A stretch of DNA of 64,000 nt from Syntrophus sp. (in: bacteria) (lineage in GTDB: Bacteria > Desulfobacterota > Syntrophia > Syntrophales > UBA8958). Both the position numbers and the translations under genes were made by a program. Under the pieces are notes generated by a model, which saw only the letters and a program-made list of their open reading frames with translations, was not told where the DNA came from and did no database searches. Numbering within the stretch: position 1 is the first letter of the stretch; each line of letters starts with the position of its first letter. Of the stretch, positions 8,407 to 18,124 are shown piece by piece. The stretch is from assembly GCA_025355725.1 (NCBI GenBank), contig JANXZC010000098.1, positions 7,467 through 71,466 of the forward strand, read 5' to 3'.

Positions 8407-9555
8407 ATGAATTTTGGACTGACTGAAGAACAACAAATGGTAAAGGATCAGGTAACAAGATTCGCTGAGACAGAGATTAAACCCATCGCTGCGGAATTAG
8501 ACAAAACCCACCGCCATCCCCAGGAGATTTGCCGCAAGCTTGGTGAGATGGGCGTTATGGGTGTAGCAATTCCCACGGAGTACGGCGGCGCCGGTATGGA
8601 TATAGTCACCTACGTCCACGCGATGATCGCCATTTCCAAGGCCTGTGCAAGCTGCGGCGTCATCGTCTCCGTGAATAACTCCCTTTATGGATTCCCCGTC
8701 AATACCTTTGGGACGGAAGAGCAGAAGCTGAAGTACCTCACCCCGGTCGCGAGTGGAAAGGTTGAGGGCTGCTACGCCCTGACGGAGGCTGGCGCTGGTT
8801 CCGATGCAGGCGCTCTTGCCTGCAAGGCGGAGCTGAAAGGGGACAAGTTCATTGTCAATGGCACCAAGCGTTTCATCACCAATGGCAATGTGGCTCAGTA
8901 TTGCGTGCTGGCGGCAACGACCGATGCGAGCAGGGGCTACAAGGCCGTCATCAACCTGATTGTCGATCTGAAGAATACCCCCGGCTTCTCAACCGGTAAA
9001 ATCGAGGAGAAGATGGGCATCCTGGCCTCCGGTACCGCTGAACTGGTCTTTGAGGATGCAGAAGTCCCGGCGGCCAACCTGTTGGGCAAGGAAGGCCAGG
9101 GATTCAAACAGATGTTGATGGGACTGGACTGCGGTCGCATCGGCATCGGTTCCCAGGCCTGCGGCATCGGCAAGGCCGCCCTGGAAGACGCACTGGACTA
9201 TGCCAAGGAAAGGGTGCAGTTCGGCAAGCCGATCTCTACCTTCCAGGCCATTCAGTTCAAACTGGCCGACATGGCCACGGAACTAGATGCGGCGGAACTC
9301 CTCCTCCTCAGGGCCGCCTGGATGGAAGACAATCACCTGGATTACGAGAAGGAATCGGCCATGGCCAAGATGTACGCCTCCGACGTCGCCATGAGGGCGG
9401 CCATTGAAGGCGTCCAGATCTTCGGCGGTTATGGTTACTGCAAGGAATACCCGGCGGAGCGTCACATGAGAGACGCCAAGATCTGCCAGATCTATGAAGG
9501 AACCAACGAAATCCAGAGAGTAGTTATTGCCAGGAAGCTCCTTAGCATGCGCTAA
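8407..9555 (+). CDS. Short-chain (butyryl-CoA type) acyl-CoA dehydrogenase
   Basis: Starts MNFGLTEEQQMV and carries ALTEAGAGSDAG and QIYEGTNEIQRVVIARKLL. ATG 8407 lies after aagggggg. Confidence 0.93.
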   Translation: MNFGLTEEQQMVKDQVTRFAETEIKPIAAELDKTHRHPQEICRKLGEMGVMGVAIPTEYGGAGMDIVTYVHAMIAISKACASCGVIVSVNNSLYGFPVNTFGTEEQKLKYLTPVASGKVEGCYALTEAGAGSDAGALACKAELKGDKFIVNGTKRFITNGNVAQYCVLAATTDASRGYKAVINLIVDLKNTPGFSTGKIEEKMGILASGTAELVFEDAEVPAANLLGKEGQGFKQMLMGLDCGRIGIGSQACGIGKAALEDALDYAKERVQFGKPISTFQAIQFKLADMATELDAAELLLLRAAWMEDNHLDYEKESAMAKMYASDVAMRAAIEGVQIFGGYGYCKEYPAERHMRDAKICQIYEGTNEIQRVVIARKLLSMR

Positions 9556-9693
9556 AAGGGACAAAGGTTGATATTAACTTTGGTGCGGGGTTTTATTGAA
9601 CCGCCCCCTTTACATTTTTACGAAGCAGTCTATCATTAGTAGTTTTCCGACTTTTTATGAGGTCGTCAAATTTTCTTATTATGGAGGAGATTT

Positions 9694-10899
9694 ATGCGTC
9701 CGGAATTGATCGATACCCTGGCCGTACCCAACACGACAAAGATCGTATTTCTCATCATGGACGGTCTCGGCGGTCTGCCCGGCCCGGAAGGAATGACCGA
9801 GCTGGAAACGGCGCAGACACCCAATCTGGATGCATTGGCTAAGAAGAGCGTTTGCGGGCTTCTGGACCCCGTCGGTTACGGAATCACCCCGGGCAGCGGT
9901 CCCGCCCATTTTGCCCTGTTCGGATATGATCCTGTAAAGAATAATATCGGCCGAGGAATTCTGGAAGGAGCAGGGATAGATTTCCCCATGACGGAGCGGG
10001 ATCTCCTGATCCGCATAAACTTTGCGACGATAAACAGCGCCGGTATTGTTGTGGACCGGCGGGCGGGTCGCATTGACAATGAGACGAACCGCCGTATATG
10101 TCAAAAGCTCCAGGAAAACATCCCTCGTGAGGGTAAGGTGGAGGTCATTTTCCAGTCGGTGAAGGAACACCGGGCCGTCCTGGTATTAAGAGGGGAGGGC
10201 CTTGCCGAGGAACTCCGGGAAACTGATCCCCAGCATACGGGCATGGCGCCCCTGTCACCCCTGGCACTCGTTCCGGAGGCAAAATACACGGAGGCTATCC
10301 TGACCGGCATTATTAATCGGGCCAGAGAAGTTCTTTCCGAAGAACCGAAGGCTAACATGATCCTCCTGCGGGGCTATGCAAAATACCGTAAATATCCCTC
10401 CCTAAATGAACGGTACCGCCTCAACGCCCTGGCAATTGCCAGTTATCCCATGTATCGCGGTATTGCCCGCCTCCTGGGGATGAGCATTGCCCGGCCGACG
10501 GAAACCGTGGCGGAGGAGATTGCCGTGCTTCGGGAGTATTACCATGATTATGACTTCTTCTTCCTTCACGTTAAAGCCACCGATTCCCGTGGTGAGGACG
10601 GCAATTTCGACGGCAAGGTAGCGGTCATCGAAGAGCTGGACGCCCTGCTGCCGCAGATTACGGATCTGAAACCCGATGTCCTGGTCGTAACGGGAGACCA
10701 TTCCACCCCGGCGGTCATGGCGTCCCATTCCTGGCACCCTGTGCCTGTCATCATATCAGCGTCTACTTGCCGGCCGGACATGGCCACTTATTTCGCTGAA
10801 AGAGACTGTATTCGCGGTGGTCTGGGGCGAATGCCGATGATGTATCTTATGGGCCAGGCCCTTGCCCATGCTAAACGTCTGGACAAATTCGGCGCCTGA
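9694..10899 (+). CDS. apgM: Cofactor-independent phosphoglycerate mutase, archaeal type (ApgM family)
   Basis: FLIMDGLGG, TPNLDALA and GPGSGPAHFALFGYDP motifs, with the C-terminal TGDHSTP metal site. SD ggaggag. Confidence 0.85.
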   Translation: MRPELIDTLAVPNTTKIVFLIMDGLGGLPGPEGMTELETAQTPNLDALAKKSVCGLLDPVGYGITPGSGPAHFALFGYDPVKNNIGRGILEGAGIDFPMTERDLLIRINFATINSAGIVVDRRAGRIDNETNRRICQKLQENIPREGKVEVIFQSVKEHRAVLVLRGEGLAEELRETDPQHTGMAPLSPLALVPEAKYTEAILTGIINRAREVLSEEPKANMILLRGYAKYRKYPSLNERYRLNALAIASYPMYRGIARLLGMSIARPTETVAEEIAVLREYYHDYDFFFLHVKATDSRGEDGNFDGKVAVIEELDALLPQITDLKPDVLVVTGDHSTPAVMASHSWHPVPVIISASTCRPDMATYFAERDCIRGGLGRMPMMYLMGQALAHAKRLDKFGA

Positions 10900-11018
10900 A
10901 TTTGTCCCCGTCATGTAAAGAAAGAGAAATCTTTTGGGAACGAGGAGATCAATGATATCAAGTCCCAGCTCGAAAAAAGACTTTCCTGTGTCTTGATCAG
11001 ATGATATAGGCTGGTCTC

Positions 11019-12614
11019 ATGAAGAGAGAGTCAACTCAGTACACCCTCCATTTAATAGAACGTCTGACCAAGATTGGCGTTGCCCTGTCTGCGGAAAGAG
11101 ATTTAACGAGGCTTCTTGAACTCATCATTGATGAAGCTCGCAACCTCACCTCTGCCGATGGGGGAACCCTGTATATCGCATCTGATGATGGCCAATACCT
11201 CGATTTCGCCATTATACAGAACAAATCCCTGGGTGTCCGGATGGGTGGTACGGGAGAAAAAATCAATTGGCCGCCCGTCAGACTGAAAGATGGGCAAAAT
11301 AACCGTAATCTTGCCAATGTGTCTGCCTACGCAGCACTAACAGGTGAAGTCGTCAGTATCCCCGATGTTTATAATGCAGTTGGGTTCAATTTCGAAGGGA
11401 CCAAACAATTCGACGCCCGAACCGGTTACCGTTCCAAATCCATGCTCGTTGTCCCGATGAGAAATCATGAGCAAGAAATAATCGGCGTCCTGCAGCTCTT
11501 GAATGCCATAGATGAAGGGACGAATGAGGTAATAGCATTTTCCCGGGAGAGCCAGATGATTACTGAATCTTTTGCTTCCCAGGCGGCGGTGGCCCTTTCT
11601 CAAAACCGGCTGATCCAGGACCTGGAAAACCTCCTGGATGCTTTTGTGAAAACTATCGCCTTGGCTGTTGACGAGAAATCACCTTATACGGGTGGTCACA
11701 TACGACGGGTGGCCGATATCACGATGGCCATTGCGGAGAAAATCAATAAGGCCGATGAAGGACCTTTTTCCCAGGTGCAATTCAATGATGATCAGATGAA
11801 GGAACTCCGTTTTGCCGCCTGGCTTCATGATCTGGGAAAGATTACCACGCCCGAATACGTTGTCGATAAGGCAACAAAGCTGGAAACTATTTTCGATCGT
11901 ATGGAACTGGTAAGAGCAAGGGGAGAGATCATCATGAGGGATCATGAGCGTATCTCCCTGAGAAAATCATCAGAAGCCGATCAGGAGGTCAATACTTCGC
12001 AAAACAGCGAAGAGGACTTTGCCGATCGACTTCGGGAAGACATGAAATTTATTGCTGATGTGAACACCGGGGCAATACCTTTGGGACGAGAAGGTCTTGC
12101 CCGCTTGCGGGAAATCGGGGCAAGGACATTGGTATGCGGTGGTCGAACAGAACCTTTGCTGACAGAAAATGAGCTTAATAATCTAAGTGTCCAGCGGGGA
12201 ACTCTCACGGATCAGGAGCGAGATATCATCAACAATCACGCTGCGGTCACATACAAGCTCCTCTCGCAACTCCCTTTTTCTAAAAAACTGAAAAACGTGC
12301 CCGACTATGCAGCCTGTCATCATGAGAAGCTCAATGGCTCCGGTTATCCATTGGGTTTAAAGGAAGATGAAATTTCCCTGCAGGCGAGAATTCTGGCCCT
12401 GGCTGATATATTTGAAGCCCTTACTGCAAAGGATCGGCCTTACAAGCGGGCCAATACCATTTCAGAGGCTATTTCCATTCTCAGCGGCATGGTTAAGGCG
12501 CGACATATTGATGCGGACCTTTTTAAGTTATTTATGGATGAAAAGGTTTATCTCGATTATGCCCGCCGGGAAATGAATCCCCAACAAATAGATAAAACGG
12601 ATTTATCTGCTTGA
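11019..12614 (+). CDS. GAF domain / HD-GYP domain protein (putative c-di-GMP phosphodiesterase)
   Basis: N-terminal GAF-like region, then WLHDLGK and HHEKLNGSGYPLGL motifs. Confidence 0.85.
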   Translation: MKRESTQYTLHLIERLTKIGVALSAERDLTRLLELIIDEARNLTSADGGTLYIASDDGQYLDFAIIQNKSLGVRMGGTGEKINWPPVRLKDGQNNRNLANVSAYAALTGEVVSIPDVYNAVGFNFEGTKQFDARTGYRSKSMLVVPMRNHEQEIIGVLQLLNAIDEGTNEVIAFSRESQMITESFASQAAVALSQNRLIQDLENLLDAFVKTIALAVDEKSPYTGGHIRRVADITMAIAEKINKADEGPFSQVQFNDDQMKELRFAAWLHDLGKITTPEYVVDKATKLETIFDRMELVRARGEIIMRDHERISLRKSSEADQEVNTSQNSEEDFADRLREDMKFIADVNTGAIPLGREGLARLREIGARTLVCGGRTEPLLTENELNNLSVQRGTLTDQERDIINNHAAVTYKLLSQLPFSKKLKNVPDYAACHHEKLNGSGYPLGLKEDEISLQARILALADIFEALTAKDRPYKRANTISEAISILSGMVKARHIDADLFKLFMDEKVYLDYARREMNPQQIDKTDLSA

Positions 12615-12621
12615 TTATTAA

Positions 12622-13797
12622 TCAAACAACTCCGTTGGTTCTCAAATTCTCTATAGTTGACTCATCGTAGCCCATGGTTTTCAGAATTACCTGTGTATGT
12701 TCCCCCAGGAGCGGCGGCGGGATTCGCAATTCCGGTTGATCCTGAGAAAACTTAATTGGGAAGGCCTGCTGGGGAATGTCGCCGTCGGCGGGATGAATGG
12801 TTTGAAACCACAGGCCCCGATGCCGAATCTGCGGGTCTTCCATGGCTTTGGCGAGGGAGTTTACGGGAGAGAAGCAGATATCGTATTGACCCAGGAGCAT
12901 CATCCATTCATCCCGGGTTTTCTGCAAAAAGATGACTTTGAGTTCCTGGATAATCTCCGTTTGCCGCGGGAGCGGGGCCATCAGATCTTCGATGAGATCT
13001 TCTCTCTTCAAACATCGGCACAGTTCCTCCCAGAATTTCTTCTCCAGACAACCGATAGCGAGGAATTTTCCGTCAATTGTCTCGTAGATGTTGTAGCAGG
13101 CGTGTCCTCCGCCAAGCCGCGACTCCCCACGGACGGGGGCCTCTTTGCGGGCAAGATATTCCGACATCATCAGGGCAAGAAAGGGACTTAATCCGTCGAG
13201 GATGGAGACATCGAGATACTGCCCCTTACCTGTCCTTTCCCGACGCAGCAGGGCAGACATAATGCCAAGGGCCGCATTGATTCCTCCACCCCCGGCGCCT
13301 GAAATCATAATGGCCGGGACGATGGGAGGTCTTCCCTTTTCGCCCAAAAGGTCCAGAATGCCCGAGATGGCAAGGATGTTGATGTCGTGGGCAGGACGTT
13401 CGCAATATGGTCCTGTCTGCCCGAAACCGGTCAATGAGCAATAGATCATTTTGGGATTGAGACTCTGTATGTCTTCATAAGCTAAACACAGTTTTTTCAT
13501 GGCCCCCGGACGGGCATTCTCGATAATGACGTCGGCACGGGCAGCCATTCTTAGGAAAATCTCTCTCCCTTCAGGCTTCTTGATATTCAGGGTTATACTT
13601 TTTTTGTTACGGTTCAGAATATGGAAGAAACTACCATTGGCGCCAATCAGAGGTGGGACGCTGCGAAAGCCATCTCCCCCCCGGGGATTTTCTATCTTGA
13701 TTACCTCCGCCCCCAAATCGGCTAAAATCTGAGTACAGAGCCCCCCGGGCAACATCTGTGAAAGATCGAGTACTTGCATCCCTTCAAGAGGTAACAT
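12622..13797 (-). CDS. Family III CoA-transferase (CaiB/BaiF family)
   Basis: The N-terminus LEGMQVLDLSQMLPGGLCTQILADLGAEVIKIE is typical of the family, and the length is typical. Confidence 0.9.
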   Translation of the reverse strand: MLPLEGMQVLDLSQMLPGGLCTQILADLGAEVIKIENPRGGDGFRSVPPLIGANGSFFHILNRNKKSITLNIKKPEGREIFLRMAARADVIIENARPGAMKKLCLAYEDIQSLNPKMIYCSLTGFGQTGPYCERPAHDINILAISGILDLLGEKGRPPIVPAIMISGAGGGGINAALGIMSALLRRERTGKGQYLDVSILDGLSPFLALMMSEYLARKEAPVRGESRLGGGHACYNIYETIDGKFLAIGCLEKKFWEELCRCLKREDLIEDLMAPLPRQTEIIQELKVIFLQKTRDEWMMLLGQYDICFSPVNSLAKAMEDPQIRHRGLWFQTIHPADGDIPQQAFPIKFSQDQPELRIPPPLLGEHTQVILKTMGYDESTIENLRTNGVV

Positions 13798-13809
13798 GGT
13801 TATCCCTTA

Positions 13810-14787
13810 TTAAATAATCCATTCAGCGGCATCGCTTCTATTTGCCGGTGAAAATGAGGCAAGATGAGATTGCCCGGTCCTGGTTATATTAACTATCCCC
13901 TCTTCATTTTCCGGAGCGTCACTGTAAAGAACGCAAAGGCGGGCAGCATTTTTGACAACTTCCTCGTTGCCGCCGCCAGGTATCATGACAAGCGGCCCGG
14001 GTAACTGGTTCATACTCATGACCGTATCGCCGTCCCTGATCAATTTCTGCAGGGCTTCATTATCTTTTTGATTTCTTCCCACAATAATCTTGACGGATTC
14101 ACCGCTCCGGAAATGCCGACCATACTTGAGCAGTTCTACGTCCCGTATGGCATGATTGGGATCACGGGAAAAGAGATCTTTCAGGCGCCTGGAAAACATG
14201 GGATCCGTCAAGAGACATCCGCCCGCCGGAGGAGGGTAATAATGGACTCCGTAAGTTATCGCCATTGCCATCTGCACTTTCCTGCCTCGGCCCTGAAGCG
14301 CCAGCAGTTGCTGCCGGTTGACCTTGCCCTCCTGTTCAGGTCGGGTCTCGGCAAGAAGCTGGGCGCTGAGCGGCCTGATAATGTAGTCTGCGTACCCGGA
14401 ATTTTTTGCCACGATGTACAGGGATTGTCTGGTCTGAGACATGGGCCGCTGCCCCAGAACTTCTCCTGTAAACAGAAAGTCAGCCCCTGTATCCTCCATG
14501 ATTTTTCCCGCTCCGCTAAGCATAAGGGTGTGGCAATCGATACAGGGATTCATGTTTTTGCCGTATCCGTATCTTGGGGCCTTAAGCATGGCAAGATGAC
14601 TGTCTGTTATATCGACAACAAGGAGGGGCAACTGGATATGTCTGGCCGTTTCTCGTGCCTTGCGGGCGTTAAAAAAGGGGGTTTCGAAGGTTACTCCCTG
14701 CACGGAGATGCCTTGATCCTGGATGACTTTCACTGCGAGAATGCTGTCAAGGCCGCCGGAAAATAGTGATATAGCCTTGGTTGTCAA
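13810..14787 (-). CDS. PP-loop ATPase (MnmA/ThiI-like tRNA thiolase superfamily), function unknown
   Basis: SLFSGGLDS PP-loop at residues 8-16 and an NPCIDCH Cys pair. The TTG start overlaps the stop of the upstream LysM gene. Confidence 0.75.
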   Translation of the reverse strand: MTTKAISLFSGGLDSILAVKVIQDQGISVQGVTFETPFFNARKARETARHIQLPLLVVDITDSHLAMLKAPRYGYGKNMNPCIDCHTLMLSGAGKIMEDTGADFLFTGEVLGQRPMSQTRQSLYIVAKNSGYADYIIRPLSAQLLAETRPEQEGKVNRQQLLALQGRGRKVQMAMAITYGVHYYPPPAGGCLLTDPMFSRRLKDLFSRDPNHAIRDVELLKYGRHFRSGESVKIIVGRNQKDNEALQKLIRDGDTVMSMNQLPGPLVMIPGGGNEEVVKNAARLCVLYSDAPENEEGIVNITRTGQSHLASFSPANRSDAAEWII

Positions 14788-16229
14788 TATTTTATAACCA
14801 GTAGGCCCATTTTTTCGGAAAGAAAACCATTCATCCGTTCATCCAGGTCAAAATCGATTAAAAACATAATTTTGCTCTTATCAATGGATATTTTCAGGGC
14901 CGGGAAAATGATGTATGTATCTGCCGTTTCCGTTTTTTCTGAAACAGGAAGGGAAAAGGTGTTGAGCTCGCAGGGGATGTTCAGGGCCTTGAATGACTTT
15001 TCCAGAAGAGAGCTTTTTGTTTCTCCCTCCATGGCGAGGATGACTTCCATCCCGTTGTTTCTGAGCATGCTCAAGAATTGATCGGGCAGTTTTTTTGACA
15101 TGAAGATGAGCTTTCGCTCTCCTCTGCTGACCACCAGATCGGCCTCGACTCTCAGATCAAAACCGTCGCGGGCAGAGTCAAAGATCTTTAACTCTGCTTT
15201 CTTTTGTGTCTGTAACCCCAGTCTCCGGAAGCAATCATCTGCCAAGTCGATCAATGATGTTGACGCTAGTTTTGAGACCGGCCTTGCCGGAATGGGATCG
15301 TCAGGCGCAGGTTTGACGATTCTGTCCTGGTCCAATTCGAGGATTTTCCATCCCTTTGTCTCGGCATAGGATTTGAGGGGTTCAGGGAGACCATTCGTCC
15401 CTTCCGGTCTGGTCCAAAGAGCTATGGAATGTGGGGGATTTGCCACTATGGATGATTTACGAGTTATTGTCCAGGAGGCAGGAATCTGCAGGACCGGTTG
15501 GGATCCAATTTTTAAGGGTTGTTCCTGTCGAATCATGGCATGGGTGTTTGACGCCTGAATGATCTTTTCCAAAAGGATGGGGGCTTCCGATTGAGGATTC
15601 ACCTTGATGATAGCGTAGTGCCTCCAGGTGCGACGGACCAGTTGCCGGAGATTCTCGGGTATTTGGTTGCGAAAATCAACAAAGACAATTCCCTTGTCCG
15701 CAAATTCGACCATGGGGATTTTCCCGCAGTCGATGGTTATCTGCCCCATATCTCGCAGGGGAAGATAATATTTGCCTTGGGATGTAACAGTGGCGCCAAT
15801 TTGCTCGAGGACGTGTCTTACCAGATTCCATTTGATCTGGGACGGGTAGGCTAGGTCATCTTTCAAAACGCCCGCCTGCTGAATAGGGGGAACCGGGGCG
15901 CTTACGGGAGAGGTGTCTGTTGAGGAAACGGTCGTCTTTACCTTGGTGGGCAAAAATATCTTTTGCCCCGGATAAATACGGTTTAGATCCTTGATGCCAG
16001 GATTATACTTACGAATGATTGAATAGACATGCTTTGTCTCCCCCGTCACCCGGCGTCCAATATCAAGCAGCCACTCACCCTTCTTGACCGTGTAGACCGT
16101 GGTTGCCGGTTTGGATGGAGCGGACTTCTGGAAAGTCAGGTATGCCGTATCCTCTTTGGCCCATACTGATGCACCGGCAAGAAACACGCCGACAAGGAAG
16201 ATCGTAATTAACCGTAAGCGATAAGACAT
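14784..16229 (-). CDS. Secreted LysM-domain protein with a large uncharacterised C-terminal region
   Basis: Signal peptide MSYRLRLITIFLVGVFLAGASVWA. LysM domain YTVKKGEWLLDIG...YPGQKIFLP. Start moved to ATG 16229 behind gaggag. Confidence 0.75.
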   Translation of the reverse strand: MSYRLRLITIFLVGVFLAGASVWAKEDTAYLTFQKSAPSKPATTVYTVKKGEWLLDIGRRVTGETKHVYSIIRKYNPGIKDLNRIYPGQKIFLPTKVKTTVSSTDTSPVSAPVPPIQQAGVLKDDLAYPSQIKWNLVRHVLEQIGATVTSQGKYYLPLRDMGQITIDCGKIPMVEFADKGIVFVDFRNQIPENLRQLVRRTWRHYAIIKVNPQSEAPILLEKIIQASNTHAMIRQEQPLKIGSQPVLQIPASWTITRKSSIVANPPHSIALWTRPEGTNGLPEPLKSYAETKGWKILELDQDRIVKPAPDDPIPARPVSKLASTSLIDLADDCFRRLGLQTQKKAELKIFDSARDGFDLRVEADLVVSRGERKLIFMSKKLPDQFLSMLRNNGMEVILAMEGETKSSLLEKSFKALNIPCELNTFSLPVSEKTETADTYIIFPALKISIDKSKIMFLIDFDLDERMNGFLSEKMGLLVIKY

Positions 16230-16266
16230 ATAAATGCTCCTCATGTTACCTGTCCTGTGCCTGGTC

Positions 16267-16295
16267 TCGATACCTGATTTTCGGAAGATTGTCAA
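16267..16295 (-). promoter_or_regulatory. Candidate sigma-70 promoter of the LysM operon
   Basis: Minus strand reads TTGACA (16295-16290), a 17-nt spacer, then TATCGA (16272-16267). It lies between the upstream terminator and the start codon. Confidence 0.35.
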
Positions 16296-16301
16296 ATGAC
16301 C

Positions 16302-16337
16302 AAAAAAATGCCATGGCCGGGATCAGCCATGGCATTT
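16302..16337 (-). terminator. Rho-independent terminator of the ACAD gene
   Basis: 12-bp stem aaatgccatggc/gccatggcattt with an 8-nt loop, followed on the minus strand by T7. Confidence 0.75.
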
Positions 16338-16372
16338 TCTTTAGTTCGTTATTAAATCAAACAGCTTAAATC

Positions 16373-17563
16373 TTACAAACCACTCTTGAAGTCGTCTCTC
16401 ATGAGCTCGCGGGCGATGATCATGCGGCGAATTTCCGAGGTGCCGGCGCCGATTTCCCAAAGCTTCTGATCCAAGAAGTGACGGGAGATCGCGTATTCGG
16501 TGCAATACCCGTAACCGCCGAAGATCTGAATGGCGTCAAGACCAATCTTGGTGCCCATCTCGCCGTTGAACAGCAGGGCGGCGGCGGCCATACGGTCAAG
16601 GTCGGTTCCCTTGCCACCGGACTTGTTCGTCAGGGTGTCGCAATACGCGGCAGCGCTGTAAGCGAGGAACTTGCCTGCTTTGTAACCGCAGTACATGTTC
16701 GCCAGTTTCTCCTGGATGGTCTGGAAGGAGGCGATGGGTTTGCCGAACTGTACTCTTTCCTTTGCATACTTCAGGGAGAGTTCCAGGCAGCTTCTCTGGC
16801 CGCCGAGGGTGCAGCCGGACAGGGTGATTCTCTCGGTGCACAGACCGCTGGTGAGAACGGCGACGCCCTTGTTCAGGCCGCCGATGAGGTTCTCTGCGGG
16901 GATTTCCATGTCTTCAAAGGTTACGAGGGCCGTGGGGGAGGTTCTCATGCCCCACTTCTTGATCTTCTCGAATTTAACGCCTTTGACCTTGTCAACTTCG
17001 AAGAAGAAAGTGGAAATTCCCTTGGGACCGGCTGCGGGATCAGTCTTAGCGTAGAACACCATGAACTGGGCCACGGGACCGTTGGTGATGAAAATCTTGC
17101 TGCCGTTGATGATGTACTTGTCGCCCTTCTTTTCCGCTTTCGTTGCCATGCTCATGGCATCGGAACCGGCGTTGGGTTCGGTGATGCCGAGGCAGCCGAT
17201 CCACTCGCCCGTAACGGCTTTGGGAAGAACGTATGCTCTCTGCTCTTCCGTTGCGTTTCTGCGGAAATTGTCGAAGCACAGGGTCTGGCTCGCGCCTACG
17301 GTCATCGAAAGGGCGTTGCTGACCCGGGCGATGGTTTCGTATGCCAGCAGGGTTTCTACGTAACCCAGACCGGCGCCGCCGTATTTCTCGTCAAAAACGA
17401 TACCGTTGATGCCGAGCTCGCCCGTCTGCTTGAACAGATCCTTAGGCATTTCATCGATCTCATACATGTGTTCCATCTGGGGTTCTAGCCAATTGATCGC
17501 CCATTTGTAAACTGAGTCCTCGAGCATCCTTTGCTCATCTGTAAATGTGAAATCTAACGCCAT
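16373..17563 (-). CDS. Acyl-CoA dehydrogenase (substrate not assignable)
   Basis: GITEPNAGSDAMSM and WEIGAGTSEIRRMIIARELM motifs, with full-length ACAD architecture. Confidence 0.92.
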   Translation of the reverse strand: MALDFTFTDEQRMLEDSVYKWAINWLEPQMEHMYEIDEMPKDLFKQTGELGINGIVFDEKYGGAGLGYVETLLAYETIARVSNALSMTVGASQTLCFDNFRRNATEEQRAYVLPKAVTGEWIGCLGITEPNAGSDAMSMATKAEKKGDKYIINGSKIFITNGPVAQFMVFYAKTDPAAGPKGISTFFFEVDKVKGVKFEKIKKWGMRTSPTALVTFEDMEIPAENLIGGLNKGVAVLTSGLCTERITLSGCTLGGQRSCLELSLKYAKERVQFGKPIASFQTIQEKLANMYCGYKAGKFLAYSAAAYCDTLTNKSGGKGTDLDRMAAAALLFNGEMGTKIGLDAIQIFGGYGYCTEYAISRHFLDQKLWEIGAGTSEIRRMIIARELMRDDFKSGL

Positions 17564-17875
17564 AACACTACCTCCCTTTTATAAAGAATTTATATAACCT
17601 GACACGAGCAAGCTCAGATTGCCGGGTGCCGCTTAGACAGATCCCTGGCAAGGTGAGTTCATCCCGCACATTGGTTACGACCTGCGTGTCATCTCAGGAA
17701 TAATCAAGAAGCGATATTCTGAAGAAAATTAGCCGAAACGCGGAAGGCTATATATATGAATGCAGGCAGAGTGTCAAGGTGTTTTCTCAGAAAAATCGAG
17801 GTTGCAAGGAAGGTGGGAATTGATATAAGGCTATGTTCGTAATTGGAAGAATGAAATTGTGTGAGGAGAGAAAAG

Positions 17876-18100
17876 ATGGGGGACAAGGGGCAGGAGGCAT
17901 TTATTAAGGAGATGCAAAACAGGTTCGATAAAAAATTGCGGGAACATGAGATCAGCGTCGTTGAGCACTGGCGCGAACAGTTAGCCAAGGTTCTGATAAT
18001 GAAACCGGAAGGCGTCGGGGCTCTCCAGACCCAGATTAAAAAAGTGTCGGATATGATGAACAACCGGATCATGAATATAAAAAGGACTCAGAATGATTAA
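17876..18100 (+). CDS. Small helical hypothetical protein (74 aa)
   Basis: ATG lies 6 nt after gaggagag. The sequence is charged and helical (MGDKGQEAFIKEMQNRFDKKLREHE...). It sits 24 nt upstream of the HD gene. No family recognised. Confidence 0.45.
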   Translation: MGDKGQEAFIKEMQNRFDKKLREHEISVVEHWREQLAKVLIMKPEGVGALQTQIKKVSDMMNNRIMNIKRTQND

Positions 18101-18124
18101 AGAATCATTATTCCGTTCGCAATT

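Noticed and set aside
8199-8426. Track ORF of 75 aa that could be called a small gene
   Set aside because: Its sequence is a diverged copy of the C-terminal third of the adjacent acyl-CoA dehydrogenase. It runs out of frame into that gene's RBS and start, so it is better explained as a gene remnant (see pseudogene 8139-8384).
17704-18072. 122-aa minus-strand ORF overlapping the small helical ORF
   Set aside because: The translation is Ser/Cys/Leu/Phe-rich and low-complexity with no SD. The plus-strand ORF has a proper RBS and operon context.
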